Shown in pieces: positions 16,411-25,039 of a stretch of 64,000 bases of DNA (positions are counted from its first letter, which is position 1; each line of letters starts with the position of its first letter). Origin of the DNA: a virus (Duplodnaviria; Caudoviricetes); IMG/VR virus record IMGVR_UViG_3300046167_000724. One strand, written 5' to 3'. The notes under the pieces are model-generated. The model saw only the letters and a program-made list of their open reading frames with translations, had not been told where the DNA came from and did no database searches. Both the position numbers and the translations under genes were made by a program.

Positions 16411-16446
16411 TATTTTTTTATGTCAAATCTTTTTTGTATATTTACA
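16411..16446 (+). promoter_or_regulatory. Degenerate early element, copy 9
   Basis: ttttttatgtcaaatcttttttgtatatttac. Confidence 0.55.
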
Positions 16447-16448
16447 AC

Positions 16449-16592
16449 ATGTCAGAAGAACTAATGGTAATGCAGGTACAGTACGACGATGCTGTCAATG
16501 CTGGAAATACTAAAGAAGCTAAAGAGCTTCTTAAAATTATTAATGGTATGCAACACACACATACTAAAGGTAAATATAAATACAATGATTAA
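16449..16592 (+). CDS. Small hypothetical protein (start revised to 16449)
   Basis: MSEELMVMQVQYDDAV... directly after copy 9. Confidence 0.5.
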   Translation: MSEELMVMQVQYDDAVNAGNTKEAKELLKIINGMQHTHTKGKYKYND

Positions 16593-16995
16593 AATAACGG
16601 GTAAACGTACACATAAAACTGCTATTAACAAAAAGGTTAAAGCGATTGCAGATGCACTTGGTATTACATGTGATGTTAACGTTTATTTTATGGACCATAC
16701 GTCACCTGATAAGTATGGGTTTGCCGCTGAAATAATGGGTAGTCAATACGTTTGTATTTTTAAAGACTGTCCAGAAGATAAACTCGGTGACGTTATTTCA
16801 CATGAAATGGTACATATATTACAAACTTTAAGAGGTGATCTTAAACATGATTATATGAATCGTACTTTTTATTGGAAGGGTGAAAAATGGGACAATGAAA
16901 GATGTGAGTCTGTTAACTATTATGATAGACCTTGGGAAGCTGAAGCAAAAAAACTTGAAAAAAAGTTAGCCGAAAACTTTTTTATGTCAAATTAA
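16585..16995 (+). CDS. Zinc metallopeptidase-like protein (HEXXH; start revised to 16585)
   Basis: VISHEMVHILQ and YYDRPWEAEA. Confidence 0.7.
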   Translation: MIKITGKRTHKTAINKKVKAIADALGITCDVNVYFMDHTSPDKYGFAAEIMGSQYVCIFKDCPEDKLGDVISHEMVHILQTLRGDLKHDYMNRTFYWKGEKWDNERCESVNYYDRPWEAEAKKLEKKLAENFFMSN

Positions 16996-17020
16996 TTGCC
17001 TATATTTACATAGTAATCAG
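16947..17020 (+). promoter_or_regulatory. Conserved early element, copy 10 (overlaps the 3' end of the upstream CDS)
   Basis: gaaaactttttatgtcaaattaattgcctatatttacatagtaatca-type match. Confidence 0.8.
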
Positions 17021-17054
17021 TTGAGAATATATAATTAAAATAAATCAAAAGACA

Positions 17055-17294
17055 ATGGCAAAGAAAAAGATTTCAGACGCAGACTTAATCGACGCACTAG
17101 AAGGACTAGATACGACGTATGACCGTCTAAGTACAGATGGTCAAAAGACAATGGATGCATTTTTTACAAAAGCAGAAAAGTCAATTAATCAAAGAGACTT
17201 AGATAAGTTTATTAAAGACTTAGAGTATGATGTACAACGCATGAATTCAGACGGTGTATATTACTATGAAATTCTTAAAAACGCAAAGTTATAA
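17055..17294 (+). CDS. Hypothetical protein
   Basis: ORF downstream of copy 10. Confidence 0.6.
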   Translation: MAKKKISDADLIDALEGLDTTYDRLSTDGQKTMDAFFTKAEKSINQRDLDKFIKDLEYDVQRMNSDGVYYYEILKNAKL

Positions 17295-17298
17295 TATT

Positions 17299-17318
17299 AG
17301 GACCTTAGGGTCCTTTTA
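17299..17318 (+). terminator. Short intrinsic terminator
   Basis: aggacc-ttag-ggtcct followed by ttt. Confidence 0.55.
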
Positions 17319-17321
17319 TTA

Positions 17322-17396
17322 TTTTGAAAATAATTTGAAAATAATTGGCTAAAAGTTTTTTTATGTCGTAAACTTTGCCTATATTTATAGTATAAC
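17322..17396 (+). promoter_or_regulatory. Conserved early element, copy 11
   Basis: ttttgaaaataatttgaaaataattggctaaaagtttttttatgtcgtaaactttgcctatatttatagtataac. Confidence 0.85.
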
Positions 17397-17435
17397 AATG
17401 AGACAATGCTGTCTCTCTTAATTTAATTAACAAAC

Positions 17436-18569
17436 ATGGTAACATTATCAGACAACGCAATCCAATCGCGCAAGTTGGAAACATTAAACGCACAAGCACT
17501 ACGCAGAACAGTAGCAGCTCGTGAAATTGAAGTTATTGACGAGAAGACAATCTTCTACAATGGCTCTCAAATCAGAATTACTAGTGAGGCTTTTAAATCA
17601 CTAATGAAAATGACGGGAATGAGTCAAACATTCATTAAGAAGTTTGAACAACTCTTCAACCCTAAAGCTAAGGCGCAATTCATTAATACAATGAAAAACG
17701 CAATGGCTTCTAACGCAGGTAGTATGCCAAACATTACAATGGTACTTAATCCTGTTAACAAAGTAATTGTTGCATTCACAAAAGATGCTTCAGAACTTAT
17801 TTCTAACTCAAACTTTGTTGAGAATGCAGAACGTATTCTTAATGGTGGTAACTTTGGTGTTACAAACTGGACGACAGACCCAACTACGGGTATTGTAACT
17901 CTTAACGCCATTAAAGAAGGTGCAACATTCTCAGTTGCAGGTGATGAGAAAGATGTATTTACTGCGGGTATTACAATGAAGAACTCACCTATTACTGGAT
18001 TTCAAGTTTCACCTTACGTAAATCGTCTTTGGTGTACTAATGGTCTTACTACCGCACTCGCACAAGACAAGTACAATATGACAAACCTAAGTGAAAAATC
18101 GCTTACTCAATTCAACGAGTACATTCAAGGACTCACACGTCGCAACTTTGTGCCTGCTGAATTTAATGAATTAGTAAACAAAGCACGTAAAACACCGGCT
18201 TCTTTAAATGAGCTTAATCGTGCAACTAACGCAATTAAAAGTGCAGGTGCTGGTGATAGATCTGGACAGTGGATACCTCTTCACGAAAACCTACTTGAAT
18301 ACTCACGTGCAGGTATTGATACTAAAGATTTCAATAATGCAGAACTTAAGAATGCAGAATCTGACCAATCGGTTTGGAGTGTTGTAAATTCAATGACTCA
18401 CTTTGCGTCACATGGTGAAGACTTAGTTGATGGCTTTGAAAGTCACAAAGGTACTGACCTTATGGTTAGAGCTGGAAACTTATTAGGTCGTGCATGGGAC
18501 TTAGGTAATCGTGTTGCGTCACCTTTCAAAGGTTTGAATTCATACCAACATGGTGAAGTACTTAATTAA
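17436..18569 (+). CDS. DUF932-like protein
   Basis: RLWCTNGL motif preceded by GITMKNS; WSVVNSMTH in the C-terminal helical region. Confidence 0.55.
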   Translation: MVTLSDNAIQSRKLETLNAQALRRTVAAREIEVIDEKTIFYNGSQIRITSEAFKSLMKMTGMSQTFIKKFEQLFNPKAKAQFINTMKNAMASNAGSMPNITMVLNPVNKVIVAFTKDASELISNSNFVENAERILNGGNFGVTNWTTDPTTGIVTLNAIKEGATFSVAGDEKDVFTAGITMKNSPITGFQVSPYVNRLWCTNGLTTALAQDKYNMTNLSEKSLTQFNEYIQGLTRRNFVPAEFNELVNKARKTPASLNELNRATNAIKSAGAGDRSGQWIPLHENLLEYSRAGIDTKDFNNAELKNAESDQSVWSVVNSMTHFASHGEDLVDGFESHKGTDLMVRAGNLLGRAWDLGNRVASPFKGLNSYQHGEVLN

Positions 18570-18593
18570 TATAGTGCTATCATAATATAATAT

Positions 18594-18622
18594 AAGGGGT
18601 GTGCGGAAGTATACCCCTTTTT
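18594..18622 (+). terminator. Intrinsic terminator with GGAA tetraloop
   Basis: aaggggtgtgc-ggaa-gtatacccctt followed by ttt. Confidence 0.8.
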
Positions 18623-18627
18623 ATTTT

Positions 18628-18690
18628 AAAATAATTGGCTAAAAGTTTTTTTATGTCGTTTATTTTGCCTATATTTACATAGTAATCAAA
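18628..18690 (+). promoter_or_regulatory. Conserved early element, copy 12
   Basis: aaaataattggctaaaagtttttttatgtcgtttattttgcctatatttacatagtaatcaa. Confidence 0.85.
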
Positions 18691-18718
18691 TGGAAGTATT
18701 AACCTTAAATTTTATATT

Positions 18719-18952
18719 ATGCCTATTACTTATTTAGACCGTAAACCCTTTTTCAACGGAATGCAAATCGACGACATCGAAATCGATGGAGTAGACACTC
18801 GTGACTATCCTGATTTTTGCGATGCTTACATTAACAACTTTTGGCTTGTTGATGGCGATGAGGTTCGTGAAGCTACTGAGGCTGAACTCGATGATATTAA
18901 TGATAACGAACAAGACTTCGTTTACGAACAAGTCTGGGACTCTTTATTCTAA
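18719..18952 (+). CDS. Conserved acidic phage hypothetical protein
   Basis: IEIDGVDTRDYPDFCDAYI...ELDDIN motif recalled from many phages. Confidence 0.7.
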   Translation: MPITYLDRKPFFNGMQIDDIEIDGVDTRDYPDFCDAYINNFWLVDGDEVREATEAELDDINDNEQDFVYEQVWDSLF

Positions 18953-19104
18953 TGGCTAAAAAGAAACCAAATAAAGTTGACGGTTATAGTGAACGTCATT
19001 TAAGTCAACTTATTCGTCGGCGCATGATTCAAAAAGATCATGGAGATGACAATAAGTATTCGCGTAAAGATAAACATAAAAAAGATTATGGCAAAGAAGA
19101 GTAA
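18952..19104 (+). CDS. Small basic protein (50 aa, not in track), weakly ArfA-like
   Basis: MAKKKPNKVDGYSERHLSQLIRRRMIQKDHGDDNKYSRKDKHKKDYGKEE; TAATG coupling. Confidence 0.5.
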   Translation: MAKKKPNKVDGYSERHLSQLIRRRMIQKDHGDDNKYSRKDKHKKDYGKEE

Positions 19105-19282
19105 AAGTGTAAAGGATGCTGTTTGTGCACGTTGTATAGGTAGCTTCAAGTTTAAAGAGCTTAATCGCGTTTATATACAAATGCATAGGCATGACCCTAA
19201 TAGTGGTTATTATGGTGTTTATGTGTGTGATAAATGTGAACCTAAGTTTGAATTAGATAGACGCGAACCAACACAGGAATAA
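19088..19282 (+). CDS. Small Zn-finger protein (start revised to 19088)
   Basis: CARC ... CDKC. Confidence 0.55.
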   Translation: MAKKSKSVKDAVCARCIGSFKFKELNRVYIQMHRHDPNSGYYGVYVCDKCEPKFELDRREPTQE

Positions 19283-19283
19283 T

Positions 19284-19487
19284 ATGCCACATAAGAAAAA
19301 GCGTACAACCAGTGTTGAAGTATTTATACACGAGGGTCAATCTTATACAACAATACACAAAGACGATAATTCAGCTTGGATTATAGAATACGATATTAAA
19401 AAAAGATTTGCAAGTGGTGGCGTAAAAAAAGTAGACAAAAGTTTTTTATTGTCAAAAAAAATCACTATATTAGCTAGTAATACTTAA
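19284..19487 (+). CDS. Hypothetical protein
   Basis: ORF in operon. Confidence 0.55.
   Translation: MPHKKKRTTSVEVFIHEGQSYTTIHKDDNSAWIIEYDIKKRFASGGVKKVDKSFLLSKKITILASNT
19424..19481 (+). promoter_or_regulatory. Degenerate early element, copy 13
   Basis: gacaaaagttttttattgtcaaaaaaaatcactatattagctagtaat. Confidence 0.5.
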
Positions 19488-19495
19488 TAACAGAT

Positions 19496-19957
19496 ATGAA
19501 ACAAACTATTTATATTGACCTTGACGGGGTCGTTGTTGATATTGAAAGATATATCAATGAAACATTTAGCCCAGATTATATTAAAAAATATGGCATTGGT
19601 ACTATAATCGATATGCATCCTCAAATATTCTATGATGCAAAACCTATGCCAGGTGCAATCGCTGCATTTCGTGAACTTGCTGACAAGCATGATGTTTATA
19701 TTCTATCAACTGCACCTTGGGATAATCCAGAATCTTGGAAAGCAAAGCGTATTTGGGTTGAAAAGCATTTGGGCGATTCAGCATACAAAAGATTAATACT
19801 ATCACATAATAAAGGTTTACTTAGAGGTGACTTCTTAGTTGATGACCGTATTAAAAATGGTGTCGCAGAATTTGAAGGAACTCATATTCACTTTGGTACA
19901 CATGACATTCCAAACTGGGATAGCGTTTTAGAACTATTTAAAATGATTCAAGAGTAA
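19496..19957 (+). CDS. 5'(3')-deoxyribonucleotidase (HAD, NT5C family)
   Basis: YIDLDGVV, KPMPGA, LSTAPW, KRLILSH, GDFLVDDR. Confidence 0.9.
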   Translation: MKQTIYIDLDGVVVDIERYINETFSPDYIKKYGIGTIIDMHPQIFYDAKPMPGAIAAFRELADKHDVYILSTAPWDNPESWKAKRIWVEKHLGDSAYKRLILSHNKGLLRGDFLVDDRIKNGVAEFEGTHIHFGTHDIPNWDSVLELFKMIQE

Positions 19958-20181
19958 TGACAATTGTAGTATTCAGAAAAACCAAAAGATCCCAACCTCA
20001 AATGGCAGTGTTTACCAAAAGTAGCATTACCGTTGATGTTGTATTAGATAGTGCTAAACGTAAACCACCAATTCCACATAGATGGATTATTGAAGACGTA
20101 GGTGTAGGTGGTGAAGGTTTAATAGGGTATTACAAAAAAAAGTACAAAAATATTAAAGTTTTTATTGATAAAACTTTTTAA
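19957..20181 (+). CDS. Hypothetical protein
   Basis: TAATG coupling. Confidence 0.55.
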   Translation: MTIVVFRKTKRSQPQMAVFTKSSITVDVVLDSAKRKPPIPHRWIIEDVGVGGEGLIGYYKKKYKNIKVFIDKTF

Positions 20182-20215
20182 TGTCAATTATTTTGCCTAT
20201 ATTAGTATAGTAATT
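20161..20215 (+). promoter_or_regulatory. Early element, copy 14 (partial)
   Basis: aaaactttttaatgtcaattattttgcctatattagtatagtaatt. Confidence 0.7.
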
Positions 20216-20227
20216 AAAAACAAGCAC

Positions 20228-20410
20228 ATGAAAAAGAAACTTAAATCAAAACTATTAACTTATTTGTTTACCGACTGGGTTGCAACTGAGTCAGATGTTG
20301 AAACTCTTAATATGACAAAACAAATGATTGAAAATCGTAAAAACCAAGTGATTGGTTATGTACCAACAATCGGCTTCAAAACAAACAACTCAACCCTTAA
20401 CATAAAATAA
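20228..20410 (+). CDS. Hypothetical protein (start revised to 20228)
   Basis: MKKKLKSKLL... after copy 14. Confidence 0.55.
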   Translation: MKKKLKSKLLTYLFTDWVATESDVETLNMTKQMIENRKNQVIGYVPTIGFKTNNSTLNIK

Positions 20411-20411
20411 A

Positions 20412-20849
20412 ATGACAAATTTAAAATTTAACGCAAGCGAAGTAACTTGTAACGGTAATATTGGCGGTAGTGCTTTGATTCTTAATGATGATAATAAAGC
20501 TAAAATTAAAGCATTTATGATGACTCATTTTATGATGACTGACCGTCGAATTATTTTACAAGAAATGCAAGACTCAGGTATGCTTGAAGATAGCTGGATA
20601 GTTGGTTCACGTGTTAATAGTATTGATTCGATATATTGTCGTTTTACTAGTGGTCTTTTATCATACGCTCTTAAAAAGTTTGGTGTAAATGGCGGAACAT
20701 ATAAAGCTCAACGTGAGCTTTCTGAAATGTGGATAAACTCTCAAATTAAAATGATGAGTGCTAAAGATATCATTATTGTATTAGAAAAAGCATTGGCTGA
20801 TTGTGCACGCGCTGATTACTATTACACTTATGAAAAAGATTGGGTATAA
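20412..20849 (+). CDS. Hypothetical protein
   Basis: ORF in operon. Confidence 0.65.
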   Translation: MTNLKFNASEVTCNGNIGGSALILNDDNKAKIKAFMMTHFMMTDRRIILQEMQDSGMLEDSWIVGSRVNSIDSIYCRFTSGLLSYALKKFGVNGGTYKAQRELSEMWINSQIKMMSAKDIIIVLEKALADCARADYYYTYEKDWV

Positions 20850-21076
20850 TGCAACTCGATAGACATCGACTTGAAAGATTACAGGACGAACGGCATTGTG
20901 TAGATATTGACACGTCTGATGTTTACTTTATTGTAGACTTACAAATTGTCAATGAAGAGATTTGGGTAGTAACTAATACTAGGGTATTTAAAGACACTCA
21001 AATACTTACACTACAAGAAGCATCGGATGCCGAACGTGAATTTATACGAATGCGAAAAGAAAATAACATTGGATAA
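20840..21076 (+). CDS. Hypothetical protein
   Basis: ORF in operon (start probably ATG 20849). Confidence 0.5.
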   Translation: MGIMQLDRHRLERLQDERHCVDIDTSDVYFIVDLQIVNEEIWVVTNTRVFKDTQILTLQEASDAEREFIRMRKENNIG

Positions 21077-21077
21077 T

Positions 21078-21992
21078 ATGCAAACAAATTACGGATACTG
21101 CTGTATCAACATGACACTTAAAGAAGAGAGCAATACTTATATAGGTCGCTCTATGATTAAACGTACATTTACCGAAAAGGGTATTAAATATGCTAGTGAA
21201 CTTGCACTTGCTAATGTACGTGACCTTGTTGAAATTATTAAGTGGAATGAAAAGAAAGGTATTAAACTGTACCGTATGTCTAGTGATATGTTTCCTTGGA
21301 TGTCTGAATACGAACTCAAAGACTTACCTGACTATAAAAAGATTTCAACTATACTTAAGGGTGTTGGTAATCTAGCTAAAAAGTATGGTCAACGTCTTAC
21401 ATTTCACCCTGGTCCATTTGACGTGTTAGCTTCTATAAATCCAAATGTAGTTACAAAAACAATACGAGACCTTAATCAACATGGTGAAATCATGGACCTT
21501 ATTGGTATACCTCGTACACCATATGCCGCGATTAATATTCACGTCAACACAACACAAGGCGGTAAAGAAGAAGCTTGTAAGCGATTCTGTACTAACTTTG
21601 AATTACTAGATGATTCTGTTAAGACCCGTCTTGTTGTTGAAAATGATGATAAAGAAAAGCAATACGCGGTAGAAGACTTGTATGAAGAAATTCATATGGC
21701 TATTGGTATTCCAATTACATTTGACTACCACCACCATTGGTGTCACCCTGGTATCCTAACACAAAAAGAAGCACTACGTCTTGCAGCTTCTACTTGGGGC
21801 AATACTAAACAACTTGTACACTTCTCATCTTGTAAAACAATACACGAAGATGCTACACAAACAAACAAGCGTGCCCATGCAGATTACATTTATGATTTTA
21901 TTGAAACACATGGTCTTTCACTTGATGTTGAAATTGAAGCTAAAGCTAAAGAGTTAGCAGTACAGAAATATATGAAAGAATTCTTAAGTTAA
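21078..21992 (+). CDS. uvsE: UV damage endonuclease (start revised to 21078)
   Basis: YGYCCIN, LYRMSSDMFPW, RLTFHPG, VVENDD, ITFDYHHH, AHAD, EIEAKAKE. Confidence 0.9.
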   Translation: MQTNYGYCCINMTLKEESNTYIGRSMIKRTFTEKGIKYASELALANVRDLVEIIKWNEKKGIKLYRMSSDMFPWMSEYELKDLPDYKKISTILKGVGNLAKKYGQRLTFHPGPFDVLASINPNVVTKTIRDLNQHGEIMDLIGIPRTPYAAINIHVNTTQGGKEEACKRFCTNFELLDDSVKTRLVVENDDKEKQYAVEDLYEEIHMAIGIPITFDYHHHWCHPGILTQKEALRLAASTWGNTKQLVHFSSCKTIHEDATQTNKRAHADYIYDFIETHGLSLDVEIEAKAKELAVQKYMKEFLS

Positions 21993-22002
21993 TATATATT
22001 AT

Positions 22003-22182
22003 ATGAAAAATAACAATACAGGTACTAAACAATTGAAGTGTATGAACTCACACGTTGAATCTAGTAAATGGTGGAAATATGCACCTATAGGCGGGTGTGA
22101 TGAAATTGTACAAGTTGATATAAAAACTGAAAAAGTTTTATGTTGGAGATGTACATTACGTTCAACTAGTGGTGTAAAATAA
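22003..22182 (+). CDS. Small Cys-containing protein (59 aa, not in track)
   Basis: MKNNNTGTKQLKCMNSH...GGCDEIV...VLCWRCT; followed by a terminator. Confidence 0.55.
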   Translation: MKNNNTGTKQLKCMNSHVESSKWWKYAPIGGCDEIVQVDIKTEKVLCWRCTLRSTSGVK

Positions 22183-22183
22183 T

Positions 22184-22206
22184 AAGAGGCTTCGGCCTCT
22201 TTTTTA
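22184..22206 (+). terminator. Intrinsic terminator with C(UUCG)G loop
   Basis: aagaggc-ttcg-gcctctt-ttttt, the typical T4-like form. Confidence 0.9.
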
Positions 22207-22221
22207 TTGAATATATAACTA

Positions 22222-22572
22222 ATGAAACACGTCAAAGCCTTTGAATCATTTATTTCTGTAAATGAAAAGTACATTATGTCCGACTTGGAAAATGAGTTAG
22301 GTATCGTACTAGACCTATGGGATAATGGTGACCACTTAGAATTAGGTAAAATTGAAGTTCCTAAAAGGTTAAGGGGTTCTGGTGTAGGGACTGAAGCGAT
22401 GGAACGTATTATTGCGTTTGCAGACAAAGAGGGTAAAGACATTAGACTCACACCATCAAAAGATTTTGGTGCATCTTCTGTAGCTAGACTTGAAAAGTTC
22501 TATAAGGGTTTTGACTTTGTTAAGAATAAAGATTTAAAGTATAAGGACACTATGGTCCGCTATGCTAAATAA
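22222..22572 (+). CDS. GNAT acetyltransferase with capsid-targeting-like N-terminus
   Basis: IEVPKRLRGSGVGTEAM acetyl-CoA motif A, LEKFYKGFDF; N-terminus MKHVKAFESFISVNE. Confidence 0.75.
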   Translation: MKHVKAFESFISVNEKYIMSDLENELGIVLDLWDNGDHLELGKIEVPKRLRGSGVGTEAMERIIAFADKEGKDIRLTPSKDFGASSVARLEKFYKGFDFVKNKDLKYKDTMVRYAK

Positions 22573-22573
22573 C

Positions 22574-23272
22574 ATGAATAACATATTTAATTTTACAGAT
22601 TTTGTTAATGAGGGTAGAAGCTCTTATGATAGTATTGCATCTAAACTAGTTAAGCACACTTTTAAGAAGTGGGTAAACGGTTATAAAGGTGGTGAAGCTA
22701 CACTTAACTTTACAGAAAGCTTAGTTTTAAACAGACTAGAATTTGATGTTGATTTCAACCTACATGTTACCAAGCGTGTTAAAGGTTTTGAAATACTTAA
22801 TAGCACGGGTGCTGATTCAAGAACAACTGATGATGAAGGTGACGAGCAAGACCCGTATATTATTATAGACTTCGCTGTTAATCCTGATTGGATTCCTGGT
22901 GAATGGTCTACTATTTATTTTTATTTAGCAGATGTTGTAAGACATGAGATTGAGCATATCACACAAGGTGGTGAGGATATTGGTAATTACAGAATAGGTA
23001 AACCAAATGAAGATGATGGTATGTTAAGACAGATGATTAAGATTGGTCTATTACCAAAAGCACAATATTTCATGCTACCTAAAGAGGTTGATGCAAACAT
23101 ACAGGGTCTTAGATATGAGGCTAAAAAAAGAAAAGAGTCGATGGCCGATGCTGTTAATAGATATCTAGACACGCAAGAACAATCTGGTGAAATAAATGGA
23201 AAAGAGCGTGAAGACATTCTTACACTTTGGAAAAGACGTGCAAAACAAATAGGAGGTATACCTAAATTTTAA
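22574..23272 (+). CDS. HEXXH metallopeptidase-like putative internal head protein
   Basis: VVRHEIEHITQ, downstream PKEVDA; N-terminus MNNIFNFTDFVNE. Confidence 0.6.
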   Translation: MNNIFNFTDFVNEGRSSYDSIASKLVKHTFKKWVNGYKGGEATLNFTESLVLNRLEFDVDFNLHVTKRVKGFEILNSTGADSRTTDDEGDEQDPYIIIDFAVNPDWIPGEWSTIYFYLADVVRHEIEHITQGGEDIGNYRIGKPNEDDGMLRQMIKIGLLPKAQYFMLPKEVDANIQGLRYEAKKRKESMADAVNRYLDTQEQSGEINGKEREDILTLWKRRAKQIGGIPKF

Positions 23273-23276
23273 AATT

Positions 23277-24398
23277 ATGAAACATTTAAAACTATACGAG
23301 GATTTTATTAATGAAGCAAGTCGTGATACTGAAATGGTTGATGGCATTGTTGATTTACTATTAAAGGTAGACGATATAGATAACCGTAAAGAAATGGCTA
23401 TTGAAACTATTGCAGACTTTGATACTGAAGGCGTTGAATACAACAAGGGTGAATTCCTTAGCAAAATTGGTTTAAGTGAACTAGAACTTAATGAAGCAAG
23501 GCCTGAGTTCCATGATTCAGATGCACCAGATGCATATGGTAGATTCAGGGACTTAAGCATTAAGGATTTAGCTAAGTGGTTAATTGATACACGTAACGGT
23601 GACGTTAAAAAGATTTCATCTTCACTTACACAACAAATTGTATTTAATAGAAATGATGACCCTGAATATGCTACTAAGATGGAAAAAACACGTAAAGAGG
23701 TTTATAAGCAACTTGGTAGAGAAGACTTATTAGAAGGTGATGCTAAACCAGGTCCGGACAAATATATGACTGGGCTTGATAAAGAAGACGAAACCGATAA
23801 AGAAGATCAAATCAAAAAGCAGCGTGAAATGGATGATGATGATTCATCAGCTTATAAAGAAATGCCAGGTGACGAAGAGGCTAGAGAGAAGGGTCAAGTT
23901 AAAACATCTAAGCATGTTAAGAAATACCATGAGCTTTATGGTGACGAAAAGAACGAAGCGGTATCTGAATTACAACTTGATGAAGCTGTAAAATTAGGTT
24001 GCACTGAATGTGACGAAGTTAATACACTTACTAAGTGGCAAAAGAATGGCGGTTACTGTCCATCTTGTAAAACGTCTTCATCAGCTGTTGAAGAAGGTAA
24101 GGTTAACGAAGAAAAGGCTGAAGGTGATAGAAGCAAATTAGATAACGCTGATATTGAAACAGCTCTTGCTAAAAAAGCAGAAGAGACGGGCGTACCAATT
24201 GGTCTTATTAGAATTATCATGAGACGTGGTATGGCGGCTTGGAAAACAGGTCATAGGCCAGGTGCTGGCCAAGAACAATGGGGATATGCTAGGGTTAACG
24301 CGTTCCTTACTAAAGGTGCTGGTACTTGGGGTGATGCTGATAAAGATGTTGCTAAAGAAGTTAGAGACGGTGGTTACGATAAAAACCTTAAATCATAA
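23277..24398 (+). CDS. Putative internal head protein with Zn ribbon and C-terminal domain recalled as DUF5824-like
   Basis: MKHLKLYEDFINE; CTEC...CPSC; RRGMAAWKTGHRPGAGQEQWGYARVNAF. Confidence 0.6.
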   Translation: MKHLKLYEDFINEASRDTEMVDGIVDLLLKVDDIDNRKEMAIETIADFDTEGVEYNKGEFLSKIGLSELELNEARPEFHDSDAPDAYGRFRDLSIKDLAKWLIDTRNGDVKKISSSLTQQIVFNRNDDPEYATKMEKTRKEVYKQLGREDLLEGDAKPGPDKYMTGLDKEDETDKEDQIKKQREMDDDDSSAYKEMPGDEEAREKGQVKTSKHVKKYHELYGDEKNEAVSELQLDEAVKLGCTECDEVNTLTKWQKNGGYCPSCKTSSSAVEEGKVNEEKAEGDRSKLDNADIETALAKKAEETGVPIGLIRIIMRRGMAAWKTGHRPGAGQEQWGYARVNAFLTKGAGTWGDADKDVAKEVRDGGYDKNLKS

Positions 24399-25036
24399 TG
24401 AAGAATTTATTTTTATTTGAAGAGTATATCAGGAACAATAAGATTAGTGGTGAGGCTCATCACGTATCGTATGACCCTATTGATAACGAGTCTTTGTATG
24501 AAGTTGTGAATTCTATTATGGGTGGTGAGCTTACAGAATCAGAGGTCCAAGACCTACTTGATGAAGGCTTATTCTCGTGGTTGGGTTCTTTATTTTCAAA
24601 TCCAAAAAAGAAGCGTGAGTTAGATAAGTTAGCACAAAAACTTGTTGAGGTTAGAGTTGATATTGCGAAAGTTAATATCGAAGCTGAAAATATTGAAGCA
24701 TTTGAAGAAGAGTTAAACGCAAAAGAAGATATGTATGCAAATACACTTCCAGCTAAAGCTATAAAATCAAACAAGACTTCAATGACTGACCTTAAAGGTG
24801 CGCAGTTAAAAGAACTCGAAAGTGATGTTATAATGCGAATGGATGTTATTGGTGAAGAGAATGATAAGCTTAAAACATATGTTAATAAGGTAAAGCTTGA
24901 CTCTAGAATACAATCAACTGAAAAAATTATGCGTATGGCAGACGGCCAAATTAAAAAAGTACTTTCTAAAATGGCGATGCAAGATAAAAAGAAAGATAGA
25001 GAACTAACAAAAGAACTTAAGGTTCAAATGAATTAA
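24398..25036 (+). CDS. Putative internal head protein (coiled coil)
   Basis: MKNLFLFEEYI; LDEGLFSWLGSLF. Confidence 0.55.
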   Translation: MKNLFLFEEYIRNNKISGEAHHVSYDPIDNESLYEVVNSIMGGELTESEVQDLLDEGLFSWLGSLFSNPKKKRELDKLAQKLVEVRVDIAKVNIEAENIEAFEEELNAKEDMYANTLPAKAIKSNKTSMTDLKGAQLKELESDVIMRMDVIGEENDKLKTYVNKVKLDSRIQSTEKIMRMADGQIKKVLSKMAMQDKKKDRELTKELKVQMN

Positions 25037-25039
25037 ATT

